From a virus: a DNA stretch of 64,000 nt. The notes beneath the pieces are model-generated. The model had not been told where the DNA came from, did not search any database, and saw nothing but the letters and a program-made list of their open reading frames with translations. Positions 10,253 through 19,554 of the stretch are shown piece after piece. The first letter of the stretch is position 1. Every line of letters begins with the position of its first letter. The stretch lies in IMG/VR virus record IMGVR_UViG_3300021471_000006, positions 45,486 to 109,485 of that record. The stretch is one strand, 5' to 3'. Made by a program: the position numbers and the translations under genes.

Positions 10253-10466
10253 AGTGGGAGACAAAATTAGATTTATTGAAAACGGAGACTTTTTACATAA
10301 TGATTACGGTATTAGTGAAAGTTGTGCAGGTCATACGGGAACTATTGTTGCGGAATACAGGAACTCTGAATATAGTATCAGATGTTCCTGTGGAATATTA
10401 TGGTTGGCTTTTGAAAGACATTTTACGTCCCCGAGAATAGATAATTGGAAAAAGGTAATAGAATGA
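10239..10466 (+). CDS. SH3/KOW-like small protein with W-tag
   Basis: RFKVGDKIR start; ends RIDNWKKVIE. Confidence 0.75.
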   Translation: MGRFKVGDKIRFIENGDFLHNDYGISESCAGHTGTIVAEYRNSEYSIRCSCGILWLAFERHFTSPRIDNWKKVIE

Positions 10467-10750
10467 CAATAGACCCAGAAACGAAAGAAGAACACATTAG
10501 TCCCGTTGGATTAGAACATCAGGGACCCCAAATTAGTAAAGGAGGCATTTATTATGCTAACATTAAACTTAGGCATTGGATTATCTGTCTTATTCAAGAC
10601 GCATACCCGGAACTAAAAGAACGTATGACTAACAACCCAAATGCCATTAACATCCTGTCGGCATTCATAGCTTTAGTTCCACTACAGACTAAGGGGAAAC
10701 TAACTCCCGAGTTAAAAAGAAAAATATTAAAAAATTATAAACTAATATAG
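10463..10750 (+). CDS. Hypothetical protein
   Basis: ATGA-coupled ORF. Confidence 0.65.
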   Translation: MTIDPETKEEHISPVGLEHQGPQISKGGIYYANIKLRHWIICLIQDAYPELKERMTNNPNAINILSAFIALVPLQTKGKLTPELKRKILKNYKLI

Positions 10751-10758
10751 GTGATAAA

Positions 10759-11028
10759 ATGACAACACTTTACAATAGTAGGTACGACCATTTTAGACGT
10801 GGTAGAGTAAGTATAGAAACTGCAGAAACAGGCAGAAGCAAGTGCCAGAAATGTAATAGAATAATAGGTAAGGGAGAGCCCCGACTTGTTTACGACGGAT
10901 ATAATTATAAATATTGGTGTAATGCCTGCACTTTAAGAGAGTTAAAAAGGGAATTTGAAAAATTAGAGAAAATCTTGAGTGTTTCTTGGAGAGCCCGAAT
11001 AGAGGCAGAGCCAGAGGTGGAAAGATGA
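10759..11028 (+). CDS. PARP-type Zn-finger protein with W-tag
   Basis: IETAETGRSKCQKC...I.KGE.RL...WCNAC; SVSWRARIE. Confidence 0.7.
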   Translation: MTTLYNSRYDHFRRGRVSIETAETGRSKCQKCNRIIGKGEPRLVYDGYNYKYWCNACTLRELKREFEKLEKILSVSWRARIEAEPEVER

Positions 11029-11171
11029 AACTAATCTTTAATATGTATATAAAGAGAGAAGATATGGGAAAAGAAGAGGCTAAGAAACTTGCAATAGAAA
11101 CCGGTATAGCAATACAAGATTTTCAAATGAAATATCCTGTAGAGTTTGAAGGTGTTGAATTTGAAGATTGA
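11025..11171 (+). CDS. Small hypothetical protein
   Basis: GAGGTGG RBS, ATGA overlap. Confidence 0.55.
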   Translation: MKLIFNMYIKREDMGKEEAKKLAIETGIAIQDFQMKYPVEFEGVEFED

Positions 11172-11490
11172 CCTATCTGTTTACAGTTTAGTTTTTCGAG
11201 CAAAAGAACTTAACTCAAAGTTCTCCCTAAAAGAGGGAGACTTAATCGTAGCTAGAAAGGAATGTCATAATGATATGGAAAAGAAAGTTGTAGAGGTAAT
11301 ACAAGTAAATCACCCAATAGAAAAAAAAGGATATGTAGTTAAAGTTTTAGAGAATATGGACACACGCCTATTACCGAGATTTTCCTCTGGAACAATTTGG
11401 AATATGAGGCATATGAAAAACTCTATACATACGGACTGCGACATATATAGAAAAACTAAAATAAAAAGTTGGAGGGAGAAAATAAGATGA
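11146..11490 (+). CDS. SH3-like protein with W-tag (start uncertain)
   Basis: LKEGDLIV; ends TKIKSWREKIR. Confidence 0.65.
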   Translation: MKVLNLKIDLSVYSLVFRAKELNSKFSLKEGDLIVARKECHNDMEKKVVEVIQVNHPIEKKGYVVKVLENMDTRLLPRFSSGTIWNMRHMKNSIHTDCDIYRKTKIKSWREKIR

Positions 11491-12110
11491 AAATAACAAC
11501 CGTGAATGGTAAAGAAATTAAGAAAGATATGCTTGAGGAACTGTCCCCAAGGATAGAGGATATTAGAAAATGGTTTGAGAAACAAGAGTTTTATAAAACG
11601 GATGAATTATGTCCAGATTATTTTGAACTAATCTATTCTCCGGAATGTATTAAATTAATTAAATCCAGAGTAGACCTTACTATGCTAACAGAAATAAATC
11701 CTGAGGCTGTTAATTGGTATGACTTAATAAGACAAAACGAAAGGGAGGTAGAAGATATGAGTCCGGAAATACTAGAGAAACGATATGAATTTGAAGAAAC
11801 AGGCATTTGTGAAGAACACATATTAGTACCCACAACGCCGTTCAAGACAGCTGCCGGAGAATTTAAAGTAGAGAACTGTGCAATATGTAGACAGGCATGG
11901 GTAACAATAGGAGAAACAACTTACCAAGACGATTTACTTAAATTACTTAGGTGGATAGCATACATAAGCATTAAACAGGAGCAAAAAGAGAAGAATGTTA
12001 AAGACATTATGAACTTATTGGGGCTCGAAGAAGAAAAGAAACAACAAATAATAGTGGGCGATTTAATGACTACAACAAACCCGTCTAAAGAACTAATGGA
12101 GATAATTTAA
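11487..12110 (+). CDS. Hypothetical protein
   Basis: ATGA-coupled; CEEH and CAIC possible Zn ligands. Confidence 0.7.
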   Translation: MKITTVNGKEIKKDMLEELSPRIEDIRKWFEKQEFYKTDELCPDYFELIYSPECIKLIKSRVDLTMLTEINPEAVNWYDLIRQNEREVEDMSPEILEKRYEFEETGICEEHILVPTTPFKTAAGEFKVENCAICRQAWVTIGETTYQDDLLKLLRWIAYISIKQEQKEKNVKDIMNLLGLEEEKKQQIIVGDLMTTTNPSKELMEII

Positions 12111-12335
12111 ATGGAAAATTTTACCTTTGGTGATATAGAAATAGGAGATAAGTTACTAATGGGAGAACGACAACGCAGAATTAGTTTTCCTGTTGTTGAA
12201 ATTCATAAAAAATCTAATAAGGTCTCAATTAGAAAGTTAAGCGGATATATATATAAAGTAAATCCTCTAAAATATTCGGCACTTAGAAAGTCCAAAAAGA
12301 AAAAAGTTAAATCTTGGAAAAGGTTAATAGAATGA
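12111..12335 (+). CDS. SH3-like small protein with W-tag
   Basis: DIEIGDKL; ends KKVKSWKRLIE. Confidence 0.7.
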   Translation: MENFTFGDIEIGDKLLMGERQRRISFPVVEIHKKSNKVSIRKLSGYIYKVNPLKYSALRKSKKKKVKSWKRLIE

Positions 12336-12571
12336 AAAGTATTAAAGTCAAAAACTTTATAATAGAAGAAGGAGATATATTAGGAAATAACCATTATTGG
12401 TATAAGGTTTTGAAACTTTATCTTCCCAAGAAGAAAGGCTGTTTTATAGCACAGCTTGTTCAAATCGAAAATAACAAAGAGAAAGGGCTTCCATTTGATT
12501 ATGAGGACTTTGATTGGATTACAAAAATAAAGAAATCTAAAATTAAAAATTGGAGGGAGTACATTGAATAA
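12332..12571 (+). CDS. SH3-like small protein with W-tag
   Basis: IEEGDIL; ends SKIKNWREYIE. Confidence 0.7.
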   Translation: MKSIKVKNFIIEEGDILGNNHYWYKVLKLYLPKKKGCFIAQLVQIENNKEKGLPFDYEDFDWITKIKKSKIKNWREYIE

Positions 12572-12833
12572 AGAAATTAAAATAGGCGATGAAGCAAGAA
12601 TAAATCCTGACATTACTTGTGAACTATGCGGAGCTAGAGAGGTACTTGTTAAAACTAATTTAGGAACTTGGGTGTCTAATCTAATTTACTATATGGGACA
12701 ACTTGTTTGTAAGGACAGAGCAGATTGTATTAGAGCTCGGGAACTTAATAGCATAGGAGTTTACGGTATTGATAACGGAATTATAGTTGAACAAAATGGA
12801 GAAACTATTTTTGAGGCGTTTAAAGAAAAATGA
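12564..12833 (+). CDS. Hypothetical Zn-binding protein
   Basis: IKIGDEAR; CELC...CKDRADC. Confidence 0.6.
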   Translation: MNKEIKIGDEARINPDITCELCGAREVLVKTNLGTWVSNLIYYMGQLVCKDRADCIRARELNSIGVYGIDNGIIVEQNGETIFEAFKEK

Positions 12834-13387
12834 TTAAACTAACGGCAGAACAAATCTATAATTTATTTGTCCACAGAAAGGATGTATTCGCAAGACAATA
12901 CAAAGGTGGCTTTTATATTCCCGTTAGAAGACCCATAACAGTTGCAGATATAGAAAAACATTTAAGAGGAGAGGCAACATATGGACTGTATTGTTTAGAT
13001 TTAGATAATACAATAAAGTGGGCTTGTATAGATTTAGACGCAGATATAAAGGGAGAGAATAAGGAAGCAGAGTTACGCCGGATGGAAAAAGACAGCAAAG
13101 TTATTTATGAATTATTCCACGATTTCCCTAGAATGAGAGAGTTTAGTGGTAGAAAAGGTTATCATATTTGGATATTTTTTAATCCGCCCGTAACAGCAGA
13201 ATTTGGGAGAACTTTAGTTCGTGCTAGACTAAATAGCATTCAGGCCCTAAAACACGAGGTATATCCGAAACAAACTGAACTAAATAAAAATCGAAAGTAT
13301 GGAAATTTAGTTAAAATTCCGCAAGCAGTTCATCAGGTTTCAGGAAAACGAAGTAAAATACTTGAAATGTGGGGTATAAGACTATGA
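12830..13387 (+). CDS. Archaeo-eukaryotic primase (AEP) catalytic-domain protein
   Basis: Motif I CIDLD, motif II SGRKGYHIW, motif III GNLVKIP. Confidence 0.85.
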   Translation: MIKLTAEQIYNLFVHRKDVFARQYKGGFYIPVRRPITVADIEKHLRGEATYGLYCLDLDNTIKWACIDLDADIKGENKEAELRRMEKDSKVIYELFHDFPRMREFSGRKGYHIWIFFNPPVTAEFGRTLVRARLNSIQALKHEVYPKQTELNKNRKYGNLVKIPQAVHQVSGKRSKILEMWGIRL

Positions 13388-13635
13388 GAAAGTTCAAGAT
13401 AGGAGATAGAGTAAAATTAATTAACAAAGATATGGTGTTTTTTAAAGTGGGAGAAACGGGTACTATAAGATGTTTTTACGAGGGTGCTAGACCAGATGTG
13501 GGAGTTGAATGGGATACTAAAAGTAATCATAGACACTCTTTACACGGAAACTGCAAAGAAGGATACGGCTATTATGTTTTTGAGGAAGATTTAGAACTAG
13601 AAAAGATAAAAAGCTGGAGGGAACTGTTAAAATGA
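13384..13635 (+). CDS. SH3/KOW-like small protein with W-tag
   Basis: KFKIGDRVK...VGVEWD; ends EKIKSWRELLK. Confidence 0.75.
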   Translation: MRKFKIGDRVKLINKDMVFFKVGETGTIRCFYEGARPDVGVEWDTKSNHRHSLHGNCKEGYGYYVFEEDLELEKIKSWRELLK

Positions 13636-13841
13636 AATTTAAGGTTGGAGAGATAGTAAGACAAATAAAAAATCTATCGAAAAGTGAAGACCCGTTATGT
13701 GAGATAGTGGAAATAAGAAAAATCGGAAAAAAAACAGAAATAGTGCATAGGCACTTAAATAAGGATTTTACATCTAGTGCCCTTGAAGACAACTTTGAAA
13801 AAGTTGAAATTGATAATTGGAGGAAGATTATTGACGTTTGA
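13632..13841 (+). CDS. SH3/KOW-like small protein with W-tag
   Basis: MKFKVGEIVR; ends EIDNWRKIIDV. Confidence 0.75.
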   Translation: MKFKVGEIVRQIKNLSKSEDPLCEIVEIRKIGKKTEIVHRHLNKDFTSSALEDNFEKVEIDNWRKIIDV

Positions 13842-13879
13842 AACGATTATTCGGAAAGAGGACTGTTCCCAAGAAAAGC

Positions 13880-13893
13880 AAAACATTTATAAA
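13880..13893 (+). promoter_or_regulatory. BRE-TATA promoter upstream of the ubiquitin-like locus
   Basis: AAAACATTTATAAA, same consensus as other promoters in the window. Confidence 0.6.
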
Positions 13894-13957
13894 TAAAACT
13901 GATTTACTAGAGAATAACAAAAAATTAACTTATGGTAACAGCAAAACGGAGAATAAA

Positions 13958-14716
13958 ATGTTTAAGAAATTTGAATTAGCTAGACAAATGTATAATCAGT
14001 ATTGGGGCTATCTGACACCGTTCCAAAAACGAAACGTTGTACAGGCATTAAATAATAATAAAACTATTATTAAACCAAGAAAAACAGTTTCGTCGGTTAA
14101 AAAAACCAAATTAGCTGATAAATATAAGGCAATAAGAAAGAAAGATTGTCCTAATAAAATTCGTGTAAATAATTTAATTGCAGATTTAATAAAAAAGGAC
14201 TCACGCTTAAAAAAGGGAACTGCTCTAATTTTAGACGCAGAAACTACCCTTACTTTAAGAACTCTGTTAGCTATCGGGTATCCCAAGTATTTGATAGATA
14301 GTGTCAATTATATTGAGGACACCTATAAACAAATCAAGGCACATCACCGTCAAACCTATCATATGCTATTAGGCGACTATATAGATATGATAGGTAAGAT
14401 ACCCGAAAATAAACATTCAGTTACGGTTGCGTTTCCAGATTATTGTTGTAGTATTAAAGGAAATAAAGATATGAAACCAAGAGAGGACTTAATCAAGTTT
14501 TTCACTTATAAGTTATTAGCTAAACCTAGTTTATTAGCCATAACTTTCTCTTGGAGAGCAGGGAAGAAAGAGGTGAAAGAAGGGCATTTCGAGTCCCTAA
14601 CTAAATTAGATAATTTAATAACTCAAACTGCGAAAGATAACGGCTATCTAGCAGTTATTAAAGACGGACTATCTTATAAAGGTAGTATGTTTTTTAGAAT
14701 ATATAAAATACATTAG
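13958..14716 (+). CDS. Possible SAM-dependent methyltransferase-fold protein with N-terminal LARQMY module
   Basis: GGAG RBS at ATG 13958; ALILDA...FPDYC...LAITFS Rossmann-like pattern (weak). Confidence 0.45.
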   Translation: MFKKFELARQMYNQYWGYLTPFQKRNVVQALNNNKTIIKPRKTVSSVKKTKLADKYKAIRKKDCPNKIRVNNLIADLIKKDSRLKKGTALILDAETTLTLRTLLAIGYPKYLIDSVNYIEDTYKQIKAHHRQTYHMLLGDYIDMIGKIPENKHSVTVAFPDYCCSIKGNKDMKPREDLIKFFTYKLLAKPSLLAITFSWRAGKKEVKEGHFESLTKLDNLITQTAKDNGYLAVIKDGLSYKGSMFFRIYKIH

Positions 14717-14827
14717 TTATGTTTCTGGCACGAAAAGGTAAGCCCAGTTAGTAGGACGAAGAATAGTATCTCGTGTTTTTAACGAGAGAAGGTAGTAGTC
14801 TATTTGATACGTGTTTGGTACGGATCC

Positions 14828-14861
14828 GGGGGACATTTTAGTCCCCCTTCATTTTTATTTT
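14828..14861 (+). terminator. GC hairpin plus T-tract
   Basis: GGGGGAC-ATTTTA-GTCCCCC then T-rich run. Confidence 0.65.
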
Positions 14862-14929
14862 CCCTTATCGGGGATTAGGGAAGTTAAAATATGTCCCCAC
14901 AAAAAAACAGTATTGGAGGTGTCCGCAAA

Positions 14930-15274
14930 ATGGCTACAAAAGGACAATTAGCTAGACAGATGTATGGTAAAGCACTATACGAGTTGTCAGCAGGAGAGAA
15001 AGCCGCAGTAACAAGAGCATTTAACTCACAAGGAGCTTCTAGCTCAAGTGCCACAGTTACAGCTGAAGTGGGAAGAATTGGTGTCAATGGCACCCAAAGA
15101 TGTATTTTATCCGAGGGTGAAACAGTTGGCGAGTTAATCGAGCAGTCAGGCTTCAAACTTGACAGCAAGAAAGAAGGAGTTGTTGCTCAATCAACCGGAA
15201 AGAGGGTTTTACTTTCTGAACCTGTTGTACACGGGGAAACCTATGTTATAACACCAGAAATAAAATCAGCTTAA
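14930..15274 (+). CDS. Ubiquitin-like (beta-grasp) modifier with N-terminal LARQMY module
   Basis: GETVGELIEQSG...EPVVHGETYVITPEIKSA ThiS/MoaD/Ub-like pattern; directly upstream of E2/JAB/E1 genes. Confidence 0.75.
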   Translation: MATKGQLARQMYGKALYELSAGEKAAVTRAFNSQGASSSSATVTAEVGRIGVNGTQRCILSEGETVGELIEQSGFKLDSKKEGVVAQSTGKRVLLSEPVVHGETYVITPEIKSA

Positions 15275-15337
15275 ATAAATTTTTTGGGGCATTTGCCCCA
15301 CTTTTCATATTCATTATACAATAAACGGAGGATTAAA

Positions 15338-16885
15338 ATGATAAAAACATTTGATAAATTTGTATTGGAAAGCTTTATAAGGGAAACTATGAAAGCTTAT
15401 ACTTATAAATGGATAGACGACAACACCCTAGAATTTTATAAAAAAGACAAGGTTGTTGGAAAATATAAATTAGATAATACACGCATAGAAGCAAAAGGAA
15501 AAGTAATAGAGAAATTTCTTAAAAACTTAATTAAACAAAAAGAAGAGGCAGATAAGAACAAACTAACAAAACAGAAAGCCGCAAAAAGTGTATTCAAAAC
15601 AATTTATAACGATTTGAATAGCTACAACGGACTTGCAGATAATTATATTATGTTTGACCTTATGAATAAACAGTTTAAAAAAATAGGGGTTGAAGAGGTC
15701 ATAATTAGAAAAACAATAAATTCAAATAATCTAGCGCCTAAGAAAATAACTTTAAATATGGACGGAAATCCACAAGAAAGAATAAGCGTTTACAATGATG
15801 AAGGATATTATACTAGATTAAGGGATTTTCTGTTTGCAGAATACGAACACGACGTTAAGGAAAAATCTAGTTTTTATGTTTCTAACAAGCCGAAGTGGCT
15901 TTTTCAAGCCGAGAACGAGAAAATAAAAGATATTAAACTCCGAAATATGTTAGTTGGAAGATATTATCTGGAAAGAAACTTTATACATTTGTACTTTAAT
16001 CCGTTTTTAGTTAAAAAAATTCTTCCATTAGGGTCCGTTATGCCAAAGATATTTATAGAGTTATTTAAGGAGTTACAAAAACTAAATATTAAGGTACGAG
16101 ATACCTCAAGTTTCTCTAAAAAAATGTTTGTTGCAACATTTTTAGAAGGTTCCAGAAAAAGACTAAAAAGACTAATTCAGGATAAAAAAGATAATATAAA
16201 TAGAATAAGTGATAGAGAAACCCAAATTAGATTAGCCTTAGAAAGGCTTGCAGAGATAGAAGAAGAAACCGCTTTTATTGAAAAGAATATTCGTATGAAA
16301 GGAAAAGGAATGCTTAAGGAACTAGACACAGTTAGAAAGCTAAAATTCATAAAAGATTTAAAAATGGGCACAGATTACATAGAATTAAAATATGTTCCCA
16401 CAACTTTAACTTTCTCTGATTTTAAACGTTCAGATAGGGGAAAGGGATATGGGAAGAGAACAATTTATCTAGGAGAGATAACTGCAAGAATAACTCCCGG
16501 AAGTTTCACTATTAAAAACTCAATTAATATAGACAGAGGCGGACACGCACATTCTCACGCAGACGGAAATCCCGGAAGTCCCTGTTTTGGTAGTGGGGGT
16601 GGAAGAAATAAAATATATGAACTGCTTTCCCAAAACAAGTTTACCGAACTTGCCAAGATACTTTGGTTTTGGATTAAAACCCACAGAAACGAAGGTGCAT
16701 ATGTGAAGATGTGGACTATTTATGACTATATGTTGAGCAACGGTTATCCTGTTTGGGACGAAAAGGGCAACAGAATTAAAATTAATGACGCAAAGAGGCT
16801 GAAATCCAAAGAGCAAAGAAAGTTAGATAAGTCCTCAAAATATGCGACTAATATAAAGAAATTCGCCGATTTCAAATTGGTGTAA
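15338..16885 (+). CDS. Prokaryotic E2-like (UBC-fold) protein with long N-terminal and coiled-coil region
   Basis: C-terminal HAHSH...GSPCFG resembling the E2 HPH/N...C[LF]G catalytic region; operon context. Confidence 0.6.
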   Translation: MIKTFDKFVLESFIRETMKAYTYKWIDDNTLEFYKKDKVVGKYKLDNTRIEAKGKVIEKFLKNLIKQKEEADKNKLTKQKAAKSVFKTIYNDLNSYNGLADNYIMFDLMNKQFKKIGVEEVIIRKTINSNNLAPKKITLNMDGNPQERISVYNDEGYYTRLRDFLFAEYEHDVKEKSSFYVSNKPKWLFQAENEKIKDIKLRNMLVGRYYLERNFIHLYFNPFLVKKILPLGSVMPKIFIELFKELQKLNIKVRDTSSFSKKMFVATFLEGSRKRLKRLIQDKKDNINRISDRETQIRLALERLAEIEEETAFIEKNIRMKGKGMLKELDTVRKLKFIKDLKMGTDYIELKYVPTTLTFSDFKRSDRGKGYGKRTIYLGEITARITPGSFTIKNSINIDRGGHAHSHADGNPGSPCFGSGGGRNKIYELLSQNKFTELAKILWFWIKTHRNEGAYVKMWTIYDYMLSNGYPVWDEKGNRIKINDAKRLKSKEQRKLDKSSKYATNIKKFADFKLV

Positions 16886-16900
16886 ATGGAGGGAATTTAA

Positions 16901-18322
16901 ATGGAATATAAAGCAAAAGTAGTTTTGTCCTATGATGTATATAGGAGAATAAAGTGGCTAACTCACAATTTCGATAAGGAGATAGCTGCGGTGGGGACCG
17001 GAAAAATCCGAAAAAATGTCAATGACGAGGAGAAACATTTTTACATAAGTAAATTATATTTTCCAAATCAGAAAGTTACCGGAGCAAGTGTCCACATTAC
17101 ACAAGAAATGTGGGGAGATATTATCAAGAAAGTTCCTAAAGAAGAGTGGGGAGATATATGCTTCTATTGGCATAAACATCCCGGAAGTGCAAGTCATTCA
17201 TCCGTAGATGAAGAAGATACATTTGAAACTTTTATGTCTCCAGAGGCGGGACGTAAGTGGTTTGTTTTCTTGCAAACGGCGGCAAAAGGAGAAGATAGTA
17301 TGGATATAGAATTAAGAATAGAATTGAGAGAGCCCATTAGAGCAACTCTTTTAGGTAAATCTGTTACTAAATTAACTTATGAGATAACAAAAGAAGAACT
17401 TAAACTTAGGGACAAGATAGAGAAACTACAGGAGAAAATTGAGGAATTAAGAAACAAACCAAATGAAAGACTAAAGAAGGAGTTGGAAGAAATAATAGAG
17501 AATTGTGTAGAGAAGGACGATTTCTGGAATAAAGATAATTCATATAGAAGAGGCAACTATTATAATTCTTCAAGAGGTCCGCCACCGGAAGACTCCGATA
17601 TTATAGCATTAAGATTACTCTTTGAGAAAGGAGAACAAAATTCAGAGTATATGAACAACGATACTCTTATGGGAGTTCCAACTAGAGATGAAGAAAAGGT
17701 TAGTATAGAATTTAAGAGTGGAGGAGTTTTAATAAAGGCTGGAAAGATGTTTCGTTCAGTTTTACAAAACGCCCTTAAACCGAAAGAAGGTAAATTGGCT
17801 AGTGTAGTCAAGAGGTTTACAATAATAGAGCCAAAAGAAAGTAAAATATTTTACACATACAAACTACAACCAATGAAAAAGGCGTATAAAGTCTTAAAGA
17901 CAGTAATGAAAAGGCTATTTATAGCTTATAATGACGCCCTATTAGCTAAATGGGAGAATGAGGGAAGACTGGAGACCCCAAAGAGTGAGCCCCAGAAAAT
18001 AGAAACGAAAAAGAATTTTAAGAAGCCTTTAACTTTAACTCTAAAGAACACACCATTAATAAATGATGTTCTTTCCGAATTAGAAATGGTTGCGGACTTG
18101 GATTGGACAAGTAAAAGATATGCTATCGCATATCAGAGAGGAGAAAAGAAGAATAATAAGTTTGTTCTGGGGTCAGTCTTTAATACCGAACATACTTTGT
18201 TAATCTCGGGCGACGATATTGTTTCAATTACTAATGCTATAATAGCCGAGCTCTCCGAACAAAAAAATTATTCAGGTGATAAAGTTGAAGAAAAACCAAA
18301 AGCAAGAGCAAAAGCTTCCTGA
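16901..18322 (+). CDS. JAB/MPN+ metallopeptidase (deubiquitinase-like)
   Basis: N-terminal E (KEIAA) plus WHKHPG...S..D JAMM motif. Confidence 0.85.
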   Translation: MEYKAKVVLSYDVYRRIKWLTHNFDKEIAAVGTGKIRKNVNDEEKHFYISKLYFPNQKVTGASVHITQEMWGDIIKKVPKEEWGDICFYWHKHPGSASHSSVDEEDTFETFMSPEAGRKWFVFLQTAAKGEDSMDIELRIELREPIRATLLGKSVTKLTYEITKEELKLRDKIEKLQEKIEELRNKPNERLKKELEEIIENCVEKDDFWNKDNSYRRGNYYNSSRGPPPEDSDIIALRLLFEKGEQNSEYMNNDTLMGVPTRDEEKVSIEFKSGGVLIKAGKMFRSVLQNALKPKEGKLASVVKRFTIIEPKESKIFYTYKLQPMKKAYKVLKTVMKRLFIAYNDALLAKWENEGRLETPKSEPQKIETKKNFKKPLTLTLKNTPLINDVLSELEMVADLDWTSKRYAIAYQRGEKKNNKFVLGSVFNTEHTLLISGDDIVSITNAIIAELSEQKNYSGDKVEEKPKARAKAS

Positions 18323-19208
18323 AACAAACGAACAAAACGAATTAAATCTCTCAAGGCAAAGTAAACTAATTCCAAAAGATAAAATAACCCAATATACATT
18401 AAAAGTATTTGGTGTAGGAAGTATTGGTAGTCATTTTGTCAAAACGGCTGCAAAGACAGGATTTACTAATATTGAAGTCTTTGATACCGATATTGTGGAA
18501 GAAGAAAACATTGCCGCCCAAGCATTTGACTTTAGACATATTGGAATGAAGAAAGTTGAGGCTATGAAAGAGATAGTTCTTGAAGGAGCGGGAGTTGAGA
18601 TAATAGCAACTCACGGAACAGTAACAAAAGAAACAGATATAGTTCCGGAACCAAATACTATTTATTGTTGTTTCTTTGATAGTATGGAGGGAAGAAAAAT
18701 AGTATTTGAAAAAGTCAAAGATTTTCCTGTAGTCTTCGTGGACGGAAGAATAGGAAGATATGATATGCGACATTATCTAGTAGATTGTTCCGACAAAAAC
18801 GAGGTACAAATATATGGAGATACACTAAACGTTAAAGGCGTTTCAGATTTGGCTTGTGGAGAGAAAGCAAGTGCGCCCATAAATGTCCAGATAGCAGGAA
18901 TGATAGTAATGAATATAGTGAACTTTATTTCGGGTAAAGATTACACTAAAAGATTTATCGGCAATGCAGCCACTCCTAAAACATCAATCCATATTTTAGA
19001 AATTAAGGAGAAAAAAGAAGAACTATTATATGACGTATCTCAAGAAATAGAGGAAGAAATCTCATTAGAACTAGATGATGATGAATTCCCTTTAGCAGAA
19101 CTAGTAGCTGATAATACCGATGAAGTTAAAGAGGATGAAGATAATGAAACAGAAGACGAAGAAGAGGCTAATGAAATCGAAGAAGAACCTATCGAAGAAG
19201 AACATTGA
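18276..19208 (+). CDS. ThiF/E1-like activating enzyme with acidic tail
   Basis: SRQ, VFGVGSIGS, FDTDIVEEENI, IGMKKV, FDS...R, candidate catalytic Cys in LACGEK. Confidence 0.9.
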   Translation: MIKLKKNQKQEQKLPETNEQNELNLSRQSKLIPKDKITQYTLKVFGVGSIGSHFVKTAAKTGFTNIEVFDTDIVEEENIAAQAFDFRHIGMKKVEAMKEIVLEGAGVEIIATHGTVTKETDIVPEPNTIYCCFFDSMEGRKIVFEKVKDFPVVFVDGRIGRYDMRHYLVDCSDKNEVQIYGDTLNVKGVSDLACGEKASAPINVQIAGMIVMNIVNFISGKDYTKRFIGNAATPKTSIHILEIKEKKEELLYDVSQEIEEEISLELDDDEFPLAELVADNTDEVKEDEDNETEDEEEANEIEEEPIEEEH

Positions 19209-19215
19209 GGAAGAT

Positions 19216-19545
19216 ATGTTTTTACTTTCTGTTTGGGAAAAATATGAGAGCAAATATAAGGGACTCCATTGTCCGGAATGTGAGGCACAAATAAGTGAAA
19301 AACTAGTTAATGATTATGATATGTTCACCTGTCCAAAGTGCGATACTAGAATAGAGGTTGTAAACAGAGATACCGAACATTTAATTTCAATAAAAGATTT
19401 TAGTAATAAACCAATATCACAGTGCCTGCAATGTGAAAGACTTATAACAGAGGAAATGGCTATTCAAGACGTATTTTATTGTGTGTGTGGTGCCCAACTA
19501 CTTGTTGTTTCACGAGACCCTTTTGAGATAGCAACATACTTATAG
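19216..19545 (+). CDS. Tandem LysW-like Zn-ribbon protein
   Basis: CPEC..CPKC..IEVV and CLQC..CVCG..VVSRDPFEI. Confidence 0.65.
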   Translation: MFLLSVWEKYESKYKGLHCPECEAQISEKLVNDYDMFTCPKCDTRIEVVNRDTEHLISIKDFSNKPISQCLQCERLITEEMAIQDVFYCVCGAQLLVVSRDPFEIATYL

Positions 19546-19554
19546 GTGATATGA

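Noticed and set aside
8809-12110. Second C-terminal motif (LMELI, LVEVI, LMEII)
   Set aside because: Explained by the next gene's GGAG/GAGGTGA ribosome-binding site being encoded in the last codons.
18276-19208. Thiamine/molybdopterin biosynthesis role for the ThiF protein
   Set aside because: No ThiG, MoaE or sulfurtransferase genes; the neighbours are E2-like and JAB genes and the Ubl lacks GG.
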